NCBI GenBank assembly: GCA_951406725.2
Contig: OX597832.1
Location: 56,544,001-56,608,000 of the forward strand
Reading direction: 5' to 3'
Length of the DNA stretch: 64,000 nt
DNA from: Octopus vulgaris
Lineage: Eukaryota
Position numbers and translations under genes: made by a program. Under the pieces are notes generated by a model that searched no databases, was not told the origin of the DNA, and saw nothing but the letters and a program-made list of their open reading frames with translations. Below are positions 27,801-42,000 of this stretch, one piece after another (within the stretch, counting starts at the first letter, position 1; each line of letters opens with the position of its first letter).

Positions 27801-30800
27801 GAAAACACTTGTCCAAGGTGCCATGCAGTGGCACTGAACCTGGTATCATGTAGTTGGGAAGCAAGCTACTTACCACACAGCCATTCCTACGCCTAAAAAA
27901 TAACATTAAAAAGCCTTTTTGAAGATGCTGTTTGTAGTAATTATGTTTGTTTCTGGTTTGCACAATGCCAGCAATTTTGAAAGAGTGATTTTAGTTAATG
28001 CCATCAGCCTCAGTCCTTGACTCATCATCATCATCTTCATTGTCGTCATTTAACGTCCGTTTTCTATGCTGGCATGGGTTGGAAGGTTTGACTGAGGACT
28101 GGCAAGCCAGAACGCTGTATCAGGCTCCAATCTGATCTGGCAGGGTTTCTACGGCTGGATGCCCTTCCTAACGCCAGCCACTCCAAGAGTGTAGTGGATG
28201 CTTTTTACATGCCACAAGGGCCAGTCAGGCAGTACTGGTATTGACTGTTACTTTATCTTATGAGGCTCAGCATGTGAAGGGCAAAGCCAACTTTGGTGAT
28301 ACTAGAACAGTAAATATAAAGAATCGATGTAGTTTGGTTCTTGATATTCTTTACATTCTCAGAAAAATGCCTTTCAAGATAAGAACTGCATAGCATTTTG
28401 TCCAACCCTTTCACAACTCAACTATTTCACTGCCCTTCCAAATATAATTCTTTCAAATTTTGGCACAAGGTCCACAATTTCAAAGTTTCAGTCGATTACA
28501 ATGACCCTAGTACTTGACTGGTACTTTAATTTTATTGACCCTCAAAAGGATGATGGGTAAAATTGACATTGGCGGTATTTGACATCGGAACGTAAAACAA
28601 GTCAAGAAATGTCACTGAGCGCTTTGTTCAAAACTGTAGCAATTCTGCCAGCTTGTTGCCACCGTCACACAATGAATTATCCATTGTCTGTTTAATGGCA
28701 ATCATAAAATGGTACCAAACTATTGTCTGTTTTATGGTATCCAACCATTTCAGAATCTATTCTTCACAAAAGATACATCAACATTGCCAGATATGATAAA
28801 TGGTTATTCTAAGAGAAATAGGTTGACAAACTTTGTTCTAGGGTGTGCAAGGGGTAGAGGAAAAATTCTAAGAATTGTGGTCTTGATCTGAAGCTGTGCA
28901 GGATATAGTGCAAGCGAGGATTCAGCTGGGGTCCAGTGGGACTCTGTTCAAAAGCTTTCCAGATTTGACCATCCAATCTTACTCCAAGACACAGTGAACC
29001 AGAACTATGTTATTCAACATGTCATCTTTTTTTGTAATAGAATAGGATGTGATTTCTAAGAAGATTCAGTGCTGCTATTTTTAGCATGTTGGGTGATCAT
29101 GTGAAGACTCCCTTTGCTCATGGTACACATGAATCAAATTTAAGAGGCTTCATGAGCTGTTTGGATCATTTTAGTCTTTTACTTCTTTGGAATTGATGGA
29201 GAAAGGTTTAAGAACAACTTCATGCATGGGAATTTGTACTGACTGGATCTTTGAATTAGCAGTTTTCTGGCTTCTTTTGATTTCAAACTCTTTTCTCAGA
29301 AGTCATTTAACAGGGCCTTATAATGATGATGTTTAATGTTCACTTTTCCATGTTTACATGGATCAGAGGGTATTTATTGATGCAGATTTTCTGCAGCTGG
29401 ATACCCTTCCTGTCACCAACTCTCATTTGTTTGCGAACAAGGTAATATTTCCCCTGTCCAGATGTGTTTTATAGAAGACTGCAAATTCACATCACTTCTA
29501 CGATGGTGATTCTCAATCACAACTGTAACACAATGTCAAGGCAAGGGTACACACGTAAATAATATACAATGGGCTTCATCATCATCCAGTGTTTTAAATC
29601 CAGGTGGCTGGATCTACCTCAATGCCATAGCAACCAAGGTAGGCTGCTGCAACCCACCCCAATCTTTGGGCTAGCTGGTGTCCATTCTCCTTTGCTATTA
29701 TGAGGCTTTTTTGGCGCTGGATTTTCTACGGGGAGCATGCCCTTGCTTACCCCCAACCTCAGTTTCTAGACATGAGTGGTCCTGAGACCAAGGCTTCTAC
29801 CAAGATTTTTAGGAAATGAGATGGAAAACTAGCTCAGGAAGGCAGGGACACTATTCCCTGAGACCCCTTTTGGAGCTCCCCTGCTATCGTCTTGTAGTTT
29901 CCATTTACCAAATCCACTTACAAGGCCTGGGGTTTTTGTAGAAGATGCTTACCCAAGGTGGTACTGAACCTGAGACCTCATGGTTGAGAAGCAAGCCAAG
30001 CTTTTCAATCACACAGTAACATATGCATTGAATTACATAACTGTGAGAAGATGAGAACATTTCAGAAACAAGCCATATTCCCTCCTTTCAAAAGGTTGAC
30101 TGAATGAAAGGCCTCTAGTCTTCAAACTCCAGGAGGTTCAAGACTGGCCTTTTAGTAAAAATATTTATATTACTGTTATTGTTGGGGATGGTCATATTTT
30201 TGCCAATTAACCACTTCATTATTATTATTCTTATTTTGATGTCCTTTCTCTGGAAATCTTTCGTCACTCGTCCTGTGACCTCTTCAGTGATTCTCCATCC
30301 CATGTGTCTCCTCTGTTTCTGTTTAGTCTATTCTGAAGAGGTCACAGGATGTGACAAAAGATTTCACACAAAGAACACACTAAAACAAGAATAAAGAATA
30401 AAGCTGAAGTGACGAAGTACAGGCTGTTGTCGACTTACAACCACAATTGGTTCCGACTGACTGGTCATAAGGCGATTTGGTCGCAAGTCGGCCTATAGGA
30501 CTACATAGCTTTGTTTTTATATTTTTACATTCTTAACCCTTTCGTTATCAACCTGGCTGAAACCAGCTCTGATTCTGAGTACAAATGTCTTGTTTTCATA
30601 AGTCCTGAATTAAAATCTTCCATCAAACCTTAGTCACAATTTATGTTCCTAACACTAGCTTAATGATAACTAAATTATTTTACTAAATTCTTTGTTAAAT
30701 TTAAAATTAATTGAAAGAAACACAGAGCATCTCAACAGAAATATGGTAACAAAAGGCTTAAAATATATAATAGCGAAACAATTCTTAACCCTTTTGATAC

Positions 30801-33800
30801 CAACCTGGCTGAAACTGGCTCTTGTTCTGTAGTACAAATGTCTTGTTTCCATAAGTTCTGAATTAAAATCTTCCACCAAACTTTAGTCACAATTTATGTT
30901 CCTAACACTAGCTGAATGATAACTAAGTTATTTTACTAAATTCTTTGTTATATTTAAAATTAATTGAAAAACACAGAGCATCACAAAATAAGTACAGTAA
31001 CAAAAGGGTTAAGGTACATTCTCAGGTAAAAGTCACACGGCATTCTGTATTATACTACAACAATGTTATTTGTTGGGAGTCTCAAGCAGTCGTCTAATAA
31101 ACAAATACGAGGTTTCCTTGATGTCCCCACAGCAGGATATTCATCCAACACTTGGGATAACCAAACCTAGGGGAAGCGTTTGTTAGCTGACATCATCTGT
31201 ATTCTAAGAAATTAAACCCATTAGATTTCAACTGGATTATTTATTATTGCTGCCAGGAGCTGGCATGCCAATCGTCGTAAAGTCAATTGGTCCTAAGTCG
31301 ATGATGACCTGTATATATTGTGTGGAATTAATTGGCAAAAGCATGGCCCTCCCCAAATAGAACAAAGTTTGTTTCAACACATGATTTCACATCAGGAATC
31401 TTCAAAGCAAACACATAAATGTTATATTACCAAAAATATTCTTTAAAAAATGTATCAGACAATTAAAGTGAGGTTTGTGAGAGGGACATATAATTCTTAT
31501 CTAATCAAAAAATACAGTTCTATATTTAAGAGATGAGGAATTATGTACATTATTTACATTTGACGAATATTTGTCCTCATCTTGTTTGTTGTTAACACAG
31601 CATATGGCATAGTGGTTAAGAGCACGGGCTACTAACCCCAAGATTCCAAGTTCAATTCCAGGCAGTGATCTGAATAATAATGATAATAATAACATTGAAA
31701 AATATCTTAGGAATGAGAACCCAGGTTTGAAATTTCCCCAAGCCACCTGATGAAGGGTTAAGGTACATGTTCAGGTAAAAGTCACACAGCATTCTGTATT
31801 ATACTACAACAGTGTTATTTGTTCGGAGTCTCAAGCAAGAAATTAAACTCATTAGATTCCAACTGGACTATTTATTATTGCTACCGGGAGCTGGCGCAAC
31901 AATCATTGAAAAGTCAATCGGTTGTAAATTTGATGACCTGTATATATTGCGTAGAATTAATTGGCAAAAATATGACCTCCATTGGAGGGTATATCAGCTG
32001 TAACATGTTAACAACAAACAAGATGAGGACAAATATCTGTCAAATGTAAATAATGTAATCAAAAAATGTTTTAAGTTTTGTCAGTGAATAATGGTTATGT
32101 ATCTTAGAATCATAAAGTAGGTCAGTTTAGAGAAAAACAAAAGGAAAATATCAAAGCTGTTGTTAAAAAAAAAAACACGGTAATTTTGCAGTTTTATGTA
32201 ACATGCCCTGCGTCTCCAAGCAGTCTTTCAGGCCCAGTGTATATGCTTAATCCTACTTCAAAAAAGCAAGATGTTGGCAGATGAGAAAATATGAGAAAAA
32301 AACAAGATGATGTACCAGCATCCTGATTTTCAAATAGAACTAATCATATGCATTGAACCTGAAAGAATGTTTGGAGACACAAGGCATGTTATATAAATCT
32401 GCCAAATTACCAGGTCGCCATAGCATGAAACTATTAATCGCTCTTATTTTAATGCAGTGTACATCATCATCATCATTTAACGTCCGTTCTCCATGCTAGC
32501 ATGGGTTGGATGGTTCGACTGGGATCTGGGAAGCCAGAAGGCTGCACCAGGCTCCAGTCTGATCTGGCAGTATTTCTATGGTTGGATGCCATTCCTAACG
32601 CCAACCACTCCGTGAGTGTAGTGGGTGCTTTTTACGTGCCAGGCAAGGCTGGCAACGGCCACGATCGGATTGGTGCTTTTTACGTGCCGCTGGCATCAGC
32701 CACGTTCGGACGCTGCTTTTTACGTACCACCAGCATGGAAGTTCGTCAAGGCGGTGCTGGCATCGGCCACGTTCGAATGGTGCTTTTTACGTGCCACCGG
32801 CACATTAAATGATATTTATCTCTCACTGGATGGAGTACTTTTTTTTGTTGATCCTACCTGTAATGGAACACTAAACTATACAGGGTGTGATTGGTAAATT
32901 GTCGCCATTTTATATTTTTAACTTTGTGCATGAAAATTGTGTGTTTTTGATTTTGTCGACTACACAGTATAGTAGGGTCAGTTGGGCACCATCTGTGAGA
33001 AAAACAGCACCATGATGCAATTCACTCTGCCTGAAATTTTGAAACGATATGCTGTACTGCTTGGCATTTGCGCTGGAAGCTGTAGTACAAACATTTCAGA
33101 ATGTTTGGGTGTCAGTCTGAGTACCAAGAATGATAAAATCAAACATCTAGTCACCATCATGGTGTTTGGAGTGATCACTAGTGATGGCGACATTATGTCT
33201 TCATTCATCTTCCCACATGGCCTCAGACTCAACACGGAAGCCTACATCAAGTGCCTGGAGGAGATAGTGCTGTCCTGGGTTAAGAGTGTGGCCACTGGAA
33301 GACCCTATGTCAGCAACAGGACTCTACACCATGCCACACAAGCAGGAGAGTCCAGTCATGGCTGTCAGATAATTTCTGTGACCACATCACCCCTAACATT
33401 TGGCCACTTGACTCCCCAGACTGAAACCCTCTTGATTATTATGTGTGGGGTGCAGTTGAACGAGAGACCAACAAAACTCCTTATAGCACCAAAGATGAAC
33501 TGAAGGCAAGAAGACTGTCCAGAAGAGTTGCAGAAGATTTCGAAGTTCTCTAGCCAATGGCAATTTTATTAAATAAATTTACTCTTTAGTATTTAAAGAT
33601 ATCTGTATGTAATTTTAGTAAATATATCTGTTAAAATGAGATGTCAGTGTTATTCACCACACCCTGTATGTGTGTGTGTGTGTGTGTGTATAGGCGCTGG
33701 TGTAGCTGTGTGGTAAGAAGCTTGCTTCCCAACCACATGGTACTGGGTTCAGTACCACAGCATGGCACACCTTAGGCAAGTGTTTTCTGTAAGCCTTGGG

Positions 33801-34135
33801 CTGACCAAAGCCTTGTGAGTGAATTTGGTTGAAAGATACAAATTCCATTGATGTTCATCTATTTATATATTTGTGTGTCTTTGTGTTTGTGTTTGTTCCT
33901 CCAGCCCCACCATTGCTTGACAACTGATGTTGGTGTGTTTATATCCCCATAACTTAGCAGTTTGGTAAAAGTGGTCGATAGAATAAGTACCAGGCTTACA
34001 AAGAATAAGTCCTGGGGTCGATTTGCTCGACTAAAGGCAGTGCTCCAGCATGGCCACAGTCAAATGACTGAAACAAGTAAAATAAAAGAATATATATATA
34101 TGTAGTTTACATTTCCATATATATGTATGTGTATG

Positions 34136-34170
<35 letters not shown>

Positions 34171-35518
34171 ATAGCTGCTATTATGTAAAAGTGTCGTAAG
34201 TCCAAAACCTTGCTTTTTCAGAAAATGTAAAAGTAATTTCGCTATTCCATAGTAAAACTGTTATACTACACTTTGACAGTTTTTGGTATCTTGGCATCTA
34301 AAGCAGCTAGAGACACAATAGTTTGACCAAAAGAACCAGCTTTTGGTCAAACTATTGAGAAAAAACACATTTGGCTAAATTTGGACATACAACAGTTTAA
34401 CATAATAGAAACGATATGCACACACACACACACACAGAATGATCTTCTTTATTATGAAAATGTTTCCATGTTAAATGCCTTGTTTCTGTGTTGCTGACCC
34501 ATTGTTTATTAGTTTGTTGCAGCTGGAGATCATTTGGTCCACCACTGTCCAACATGGCAGTGGTCATCTGGAGACGAGGCAAAACACAAACCTTATCTGC
34601 CAAAAGACAAGCAGTTCCTCATCACAAGAAATGGTAAGTTGAAGTGAACAGAATCATCATCGTAATTGTTTTACTTCTAGTTTCCATGCTGTATGTGTGT
34701 GTGTGTGTAGCTATGTGTGCATCTTTCTGTTGGTGTGTTTAAGTCCCTGTAACTTAGCAGTTTGGCAAAAAGAGATTATAGAATAAGTACTATGCTTTAA
34801 AGAGAATTACGTCCTGGGGTCAATTTGTTTCACTAAAACTCTTCAAGGCTGTGCTCCAGCATGGCCACAATCAGATGACTGAAACAAAAGAGAGAAAAGG
34901 ACCGATTTCGTCCCTGCCATGTAAATAAGATTGACCAATCAAGATCCTGTTTCAATTCATCATCATTTTGTGATAACCATTTTCTTTTTGCAGCGAGGAG
35001 AAACTAAGTGAATCCCGATGAAGTTTTAATGTAAACTACTTAATGCCATTTTTCTCCCTGGCTGTTGAAACCCCACTTGTATAACCATGGGGTATAGTTT
35101 CACTATAGTGAGGCTATTAAAGATGATGATGTACTTGTGGTTAAGAAGTCTGATTCATGGCAACCACATGGTTTTTCACATCAAGTCTATTGTTGGTGTC
35201 TTGGGCAAGTGTCTTCTGTTATAGTTTCAAGTTGACCAATGCCTTGTGAGGAGTGAAATTTGGCAGATGGAAACTATATAAACCCTCTTGAAACACGCAT
35301 TGAGTCGAAACAGGGGCAGCTGATGAAGGGGAATATTCCTTGTATTGTTTTTCTTGTACTCTGTTTTTTCGTTGTTAAAAAAAAGTCCGTTTCCTTGTTT
35401 GATTTTATGTTTTCATTTCTCGTTGTGCTCTACGTTTATTTGTGGTGTCCTGTACTCATAGATGTAGGTATGTACATATATGTATGTATGTATGCATATG
35501 CTTTATTTATTAAATTGT

Positions 35519-35554
<36 letters not shown>

Positions 35555-35876
35555 GGCCCACTGGGAGTGAGAGGCTTTTCTGTAAGTGTCACAATATCTC
35601 TTAGGAAACTCTCTAGGAAAGAAAAAAGCCTGTGACATTGACAATATTTGATAATCTAGACTAGTTCTTCTTTACGAGTTTGTTGTCCATGTTCGGAGAG
35701 TGGGATTGAATTTGTGCAAATCCTTTCCCAAATACTAAAAAAAAAACCTTCATGCACAGACATCGCTTGAAAAAAAAAAAGTAAGGCCTTTCACAAAAAT
35801 GGCTGGTCATAGCCTTCGCGCCTGTAGGACTTTCGATCAGGCGATGACAATACTCAAACATGAGTCTGCAGCCATC

Positions 35877-35909
<33 letters not shown>

Positions 35910-38900
35910 GGGGGGGTGTCTATTACACTCCCACCGCTTGACAACCGGTGTTGGTGTGTTTATATCCCCATGACTTACCAGTTCAACAGAAGAAACCAAT
36001 ATGTATTAGGCTTAAAGAAAAAAGTACTGGGGTCGGCTCACTCAACTAAATAGTCTTCAGGGCAGTGCCCCAGCATGGCCACAGTCTAATGACCGAAACA
36101 GGTAACTGATAAAAGCTATATATATATTTTCTTTTATTTGACTGCGGACATGCTTAAGCACCGCCTTTTAGTCAAACAAATCGACCCCTGGACTTATTCT
36201 TTGTAAGCCTAGTACTTATTCTATCGATCCCTTTTACCGAACTGCTAAGTTATGGGGATGTAAACACACCTAAAAATAATGGTTTAATTAGGTTAAGTTT
36301 TTATTTATGAAATACTGTTGTTCTGAATTTGCTGCAGAATGTGGCCTAAGTTTGTTTTGGTGGTGGCATGGTAGGGGAGGTGCTAGGAACGTGGCTCAAG
36401 TGTCAAAGGGGCAACAGCCCGAAAAACTTTGGGAACCACCGTTGTACATGATGGGCTTCTTTCAGTTTCCATCTACCGAATCTACTCACAAGGCTTTGGT
36501 TGGCCTGGGTCTGTAGTTGAAAACACTTGCCCAAGGTGCCATGCGGTGGGTCTGAACCTTCAACCATATCACAGCTACATCGATTAAAATTATTTGTAAT
36601 GAAGTAAATTACGAAAAGAAGATCCTCTGATAATTGCATCTTCCACCCTCCCCCCTCCTTCCACCTTTCACATTGTAATGTTTAACGTTGCTTTTTGTCT
36701 TATTTATGAATTTATCTTATGTTTTTTTTTTTTGTGGTCTTTTAATTTGTGCACGTGTGTAGTTCCTTGCTACAAACGTGTTAAACAGGTTGATAACCAT
36801 TCAGAAGAGACAGAGAAGATTCTTGATGAAGATGATGATGACGGCGGATGGGTGGACACCCATCATTATGCAGGTAAATAAGCAGAGCTTCTTTTCCAAT
36901 TTATGTTTCCTGACATATGTTCAAGATCAGAAATTCATGGGGACAAGGAACAACGACGGTGTAAGCTTCTTGAGAGAAAAATTAAGTATAAGTGGCATCA
37001 GATGTAGTGTGTGAGAGAGAAAACTTGTATGGTCATGTGACGTGTATGGTCATGTGACTTGTATGGTCATGTGACATGTATGGTCATGTGACGTGTATGG
37101 TCATGTGCTGGTATGGTCATGTGCTGGTATGGTCATGTATATATATATACATACATACATACATACATATATAGATATATAATAATAATAATAATAAAAA
37201 GTAACAACACACACACACATACAATGGGATTCTTTCAGTTTCCATTAACTAAATCCACTTGCGAGGCATTGTCCGACCTGGGGCTATAGTAAAAGACACT
37301 TGCCCAAGGTACCTTACAGCGGGACTGAACTTGAAACCGTCTGGTTGGGAAGTCACATCTGCTCTTATTATGTGAGTAACAATTCTGAGTAGGAGCTGAT
37401 TACAACTGTCAAGACCCAGTCAACACATGCCAACATGGAAAAGAGACACAAAGCGATGATGGTGATAGCAATGTGTATTTGGAAATACAATTTACTGCAG
37501 TAAACAGTGAGAGATCTGTGTTATTTCAGACTGTGTGGCTGTCTTGTTGCAGGTACATGCTGTCAGTAATTACTCAGGATAGGCAGTTGGAGACCTTTGT
37601 GTAGTAAAAAAACATAAAAAAATAAGTGAAACACAGGTGTGAGACTGAGTTGAAGGCAGATTTACTTCTGCTTTTATAGCACATAAAGAAAACGTTGTTG
37701 TAGGAGTGTATGCAGCACATGTACTACAGCTGTATTATGCATAGCTTTAATACTGAGATTAAAAAGCAGGAATGAATTATGCTTATCTAATCTACAAAAA
37801 ATAAAATATTTTCCATTTTATTCATTGTAACCAGAGTAACTTTCTTAATTTTATTGAATTCAGTGAATATTTTGCCATAAAAGGAAAATGTTTCTATCGA
37901 TCTATTTTATTCAAGATAGGCACTGCCTACCTAGGTGGCACATACCTGTCTTGCTGTATTGAGTTGCCATGGCTTAATAAACATCCCTGTCATCATTCAG
38001 AGAAATATTGTAATAATGACAATGAGAATGTTAGTGAAGTTTAATGGACTTCACTGGCATTCACTGCCATCATCATGCAATTTACCGAATTTTTCCAGCA
38101 TGCAAGTTGAATTTTTTCAGACCCAGATTTCCGACCAAAAAGATCTCAGTCGACATGGTAACTTTAGAGGACCAAGAATTCCATGTGAAAATACAGCGAG
38201 ATTCAGAAAGGCAGTGATGATGTTTGAATGATTACATGTTTACACTGTATATATTCTACACTAGCACTATGATCCGGCAACACCGGGTCATAGTGCTAGG
38301 GCATGCATATACAGCCGCATGCGTGCGCACATACACGCGAGTACTGTCAAAATCTCCGACCAATCACATACAGCTAGCTGGCATTCAATTGGCGTATCAA
38401 GTTTCGGACATTTTGATTGGGTTTTGGATAGAAAATTCACAAAAAAGTCACTTCTGTTGATTTTTTAATGGCTTTGCAGGGTGACTGAGGAAATGTAAAG
38501 ATGTGCACGACCACCCGTTGAAGGTTTTGAATGACCATTGAAAGTGCGACCCCTCTAACTGAAAAACTGGATTTGTATAAGGGACACACAGACATTTTAC
38601 CATTTATATATAGAAAGATTATATGTATTCTACATCTTGCATGCTGCAAAATAAGGTAGTTTTAATGAAGAATACCACTTCGGTATGTTTTCATCGTGGA
38701 ATTCACTGTAGATTAGGGGATGAAATCAAACCAGCCCTGACAGAAATATCAGCTTATCTCATGTATGTGTAACAGAATCAGATTCGGTAACACTGGAGGG
38801 GTGTCCGATCTGATACCGTCACGCAGGAGTGGCTGTGTGGTAAGTAGCTTGTTAACCAACCACATGGTTCCGGGTTCAGTCCCACTGCGTGGCATCTTGG

Positions 38901-38984
38901 GCAAGTGTCTTCCGCTATAGCCCCGGGCTGACCAATGCCTTGTGAGTGGATTTGGTAGACGGAAACTGAAAGAAGCCTGTCGTA

Positions 38985-39023
<39 letters not shown>

Positions 39024-42000
39024 CTGTTTGTTCCCCTAGCATTGCTTGACAACCGATGCTGGTGTGTTTACATCCCCGTCACTTAGCGGTTCGGCAAAAA
39101 GAGACCGATAGAATAAGTACTAGGCTTACAAAAAAAAAAAGAATAAGTCCTGGGGTCGAGTTGCTCGACTAAAGGCGGTGCTCCAGCATGGCCGCAGTCA
39201 AATGACTGAAACAAGTAAAAGAGTAAAGAGTAAAAGAGTATACAATTTAGGTAGAATAACAGAGACAAAGTCAGGCGGTCTACGATCACAGTAAATGGTG
39301 GTTTATTCTCGGTTACAATCAAGAACTAGTGCGCGTGTTCTCTAGTGGGGAAACCGACAGCCGAATCCGCAGGACTGATTGCTATGCTTTCTCGTTGTGA
39401 GTCAAACGATTCGTCGGGTTCGCTCCCGCTTCGTTGGGGCGAGGTCCTCAGAGAGAAAGTCAAGACACGTCCGTTCTCGAGCGCCGCTTGAGCCAGAAAG
39501 GATGAGTTAGCGATCTGCGTTTTAGGATTCAGTTCCTGCACCTGCGCATGAGGAAGACTTCCAGTGGCCAACTGGAAGTAATCCAATTCTGCGCATGTGC
39601 GCTGAACCTTACACAGCAGCATCACTACATATGTGTTTTTTGGTTCTTTACAGATTCCACAGTATCATCGGCAGCAGAAGCCATTGCTGACATGAGGTTA
39701 GATTCACAGGTAAGTTGATGTCTTTTCATCTGGATTGGCTGTGCTGGTGGGATGTACATGCTTCCTGGTCATCCCTGATTGAGCAGAACTTGGCTATTTA
39801 TATGGTGTAAAGAACTGACTAGAAATTTGTTGATCGGTTTCTAAACGACCATTATGTCATGCGGACTTGGTTTGGTGTATTTACCAGGGAGACCACAACC
39901 ATTATCATGAACGTCATCTTCATCACCACTACCGTCATCATCACCACCCCTGCCCTTGTCGCACCACCGCCCTTGTCGCACCGCCGCCCTTGTCGCACTG
40001 CCGCCCTTGTCGCACTGCCACCCTTGTTGCACCGCCGCCCTTGTTGCACTGTCGCCTTTGTTGCACCGCCGCTCTTATTGCCACCCCGTCCTTGTCGCAC
40101 CCTGCCCTTATCACCACACCACCCCATTCTAGCATGGAAAAACAAACGTAAAAATGAACAAATGACATCCTAGGTTTTTTAAGATTATCTTTAAGTATAA
40201 CCAATAGAAGAACCAAAATTGTCTTCAATGGCATTTAAAAAAAAATAGCTTTATCTTTGTTCTTTGCTCACCTTGAGCATCTGATAGCAAAACTAGGTCA
40301 AAGTAAAGCCAAAGTTAACAGGTAGGAATCACAAGTTTAGTTCGTTTAATTTGGTCTTAACACCTGAGTTATGTAAAATATTACAGAAATATTGGAACAG
40401 AGATAAGATATAATTTATTGATAATGTAGAAGATATCTGAATCTGTATTAGTCAGCAAAGATTGGGTTGAACATTCTCCCTGAAATCAAAATAGCTATTT
40501 TTTTATTTCTAAGAAGCTTGCTTCCTGGCCACATGGTTCTGGGTTCAGTCCCCCCGTGTGGCACCTTGGGCCAACCAAAGCTTTCTGAGTAGATTTGGTA
40601 GGTGGAAAGTGTAAGAAGCCCATCATGTGTATATCTATACGTTTGAGTCTTTGTGTATGTTTGCCTCCACCACCGCTTGACAACCGGCGTTGGTTTATTT
40701 ACATCCCCGCAAATTAGTGGTTCAGCAAAGGAGATCGATATAATAAGAACCAGGCTTAAAAGAAAATACAGGGTTTGTTTCATTCAGTTAAAATTCTTCA
40801 ACATAGTGCTCCAGCATGGCCGTGGCCTAATGACTAAGATAAAAGATAGGTACAATGTTGATTACTTTACTTGTAATGTTGGTCACAGTCATCTTACTGA
40901 ATGGATTTGCCTCCACACCAAAATACAAAAAAAAAGGGGAGGGTTCCCTTACTCATCATGATCATCTTAGTTGTAATACCTACTTTCCCATGCTTACAGT
41001 GGGTCAAATAGAAGTCTCCCTCAAATTACTCCCTACTGTCACAATACATTGGATGACAATGTAGTTTGGGCTTAATAGTGACTGAACGAAAATATGTAAG
41101 CATCACGGTAGCTCAGTCAAGCCTGGACCTAGTAGTAGTAGTACTAGTAGTATTGGGGAAAGGCGACAAGCTAGCGAAATGCTTAGCCATATTTCATCTG
41201 CCGTTTACGTCCTGAGTTCAAATTTCACTGAAGTTGATTTTGCCTTTCATCCTTTTTGGGGTTGGGGTCGATAAAATTAGTACCAGTTATGCACTGGGGG
41301 TCAATGTAATCGACCTAGAGTTAAACTTTGACAGCAACAACAGTTACTTGACTTTTTATGTTCTTCATCATCATCATCGTTTAAGGTCCGCTTTCCATGC
41401 TGGCATGAGCAGAACGGTTTGACAAGAGGCAGCCAGGCAGAAGCCTGCACCAGACTTCTGTAACTGTTTTGGCTGGAATTTTGTAGCCGGATGCCCTTCC
41501 TAACACCAACCACTCAGCAGAGTGGACTTAGTGCTTTTTACATGGCACAAGCACAGGCGAGGTCAGTTTTGGCAAGGTTTTTACAGCTGGATGCCCTTCC
41601 AAAAACCAACCACTCAGCAGAGTGGACTTAGTGCTTTTTACATGCACAAGCACAGGTGAGGTCAGTTATGGCAAAGTTTTTACAGCTGGATGCCCTTCCT
41701 AACATCAACTGTCTTCCATAAACAACCATGCCCAGATTTGTGCCTTGAGGGGAACTTTCTAGATGCAATCCCATGGTCATTCATGACCGAAGGGGGTCTT
41801 TACCCTTTCCCCCATGTACATATAATGGTGTGGAATGGCTGGTATGCATGGGCAACTGCTGGTCTTCTGTAAAACAACGTTGCCAAGACTTGTGTCTTGG
41901 AGGGTAACTTTCTAGGTGCAATCCCATGGTCATTCATGACCAAAGGAGGTCTTTAATAGTAATGATGATGATGATTTAGGTACATGGCCAACAATTTTGA

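Noticed and set aside
39274-39616. Assignment as telomerase RNA, U17/snR30, 7SK, U12, U3 or RNase P/MRP
   Set aside because: Only short chance-level resemblances; the template, Sm site, correctly placed m1/m2 motifs and CR-I/CR-V motifs are missing. The overlapping 99-aa minus ORF has no recognisable homology.
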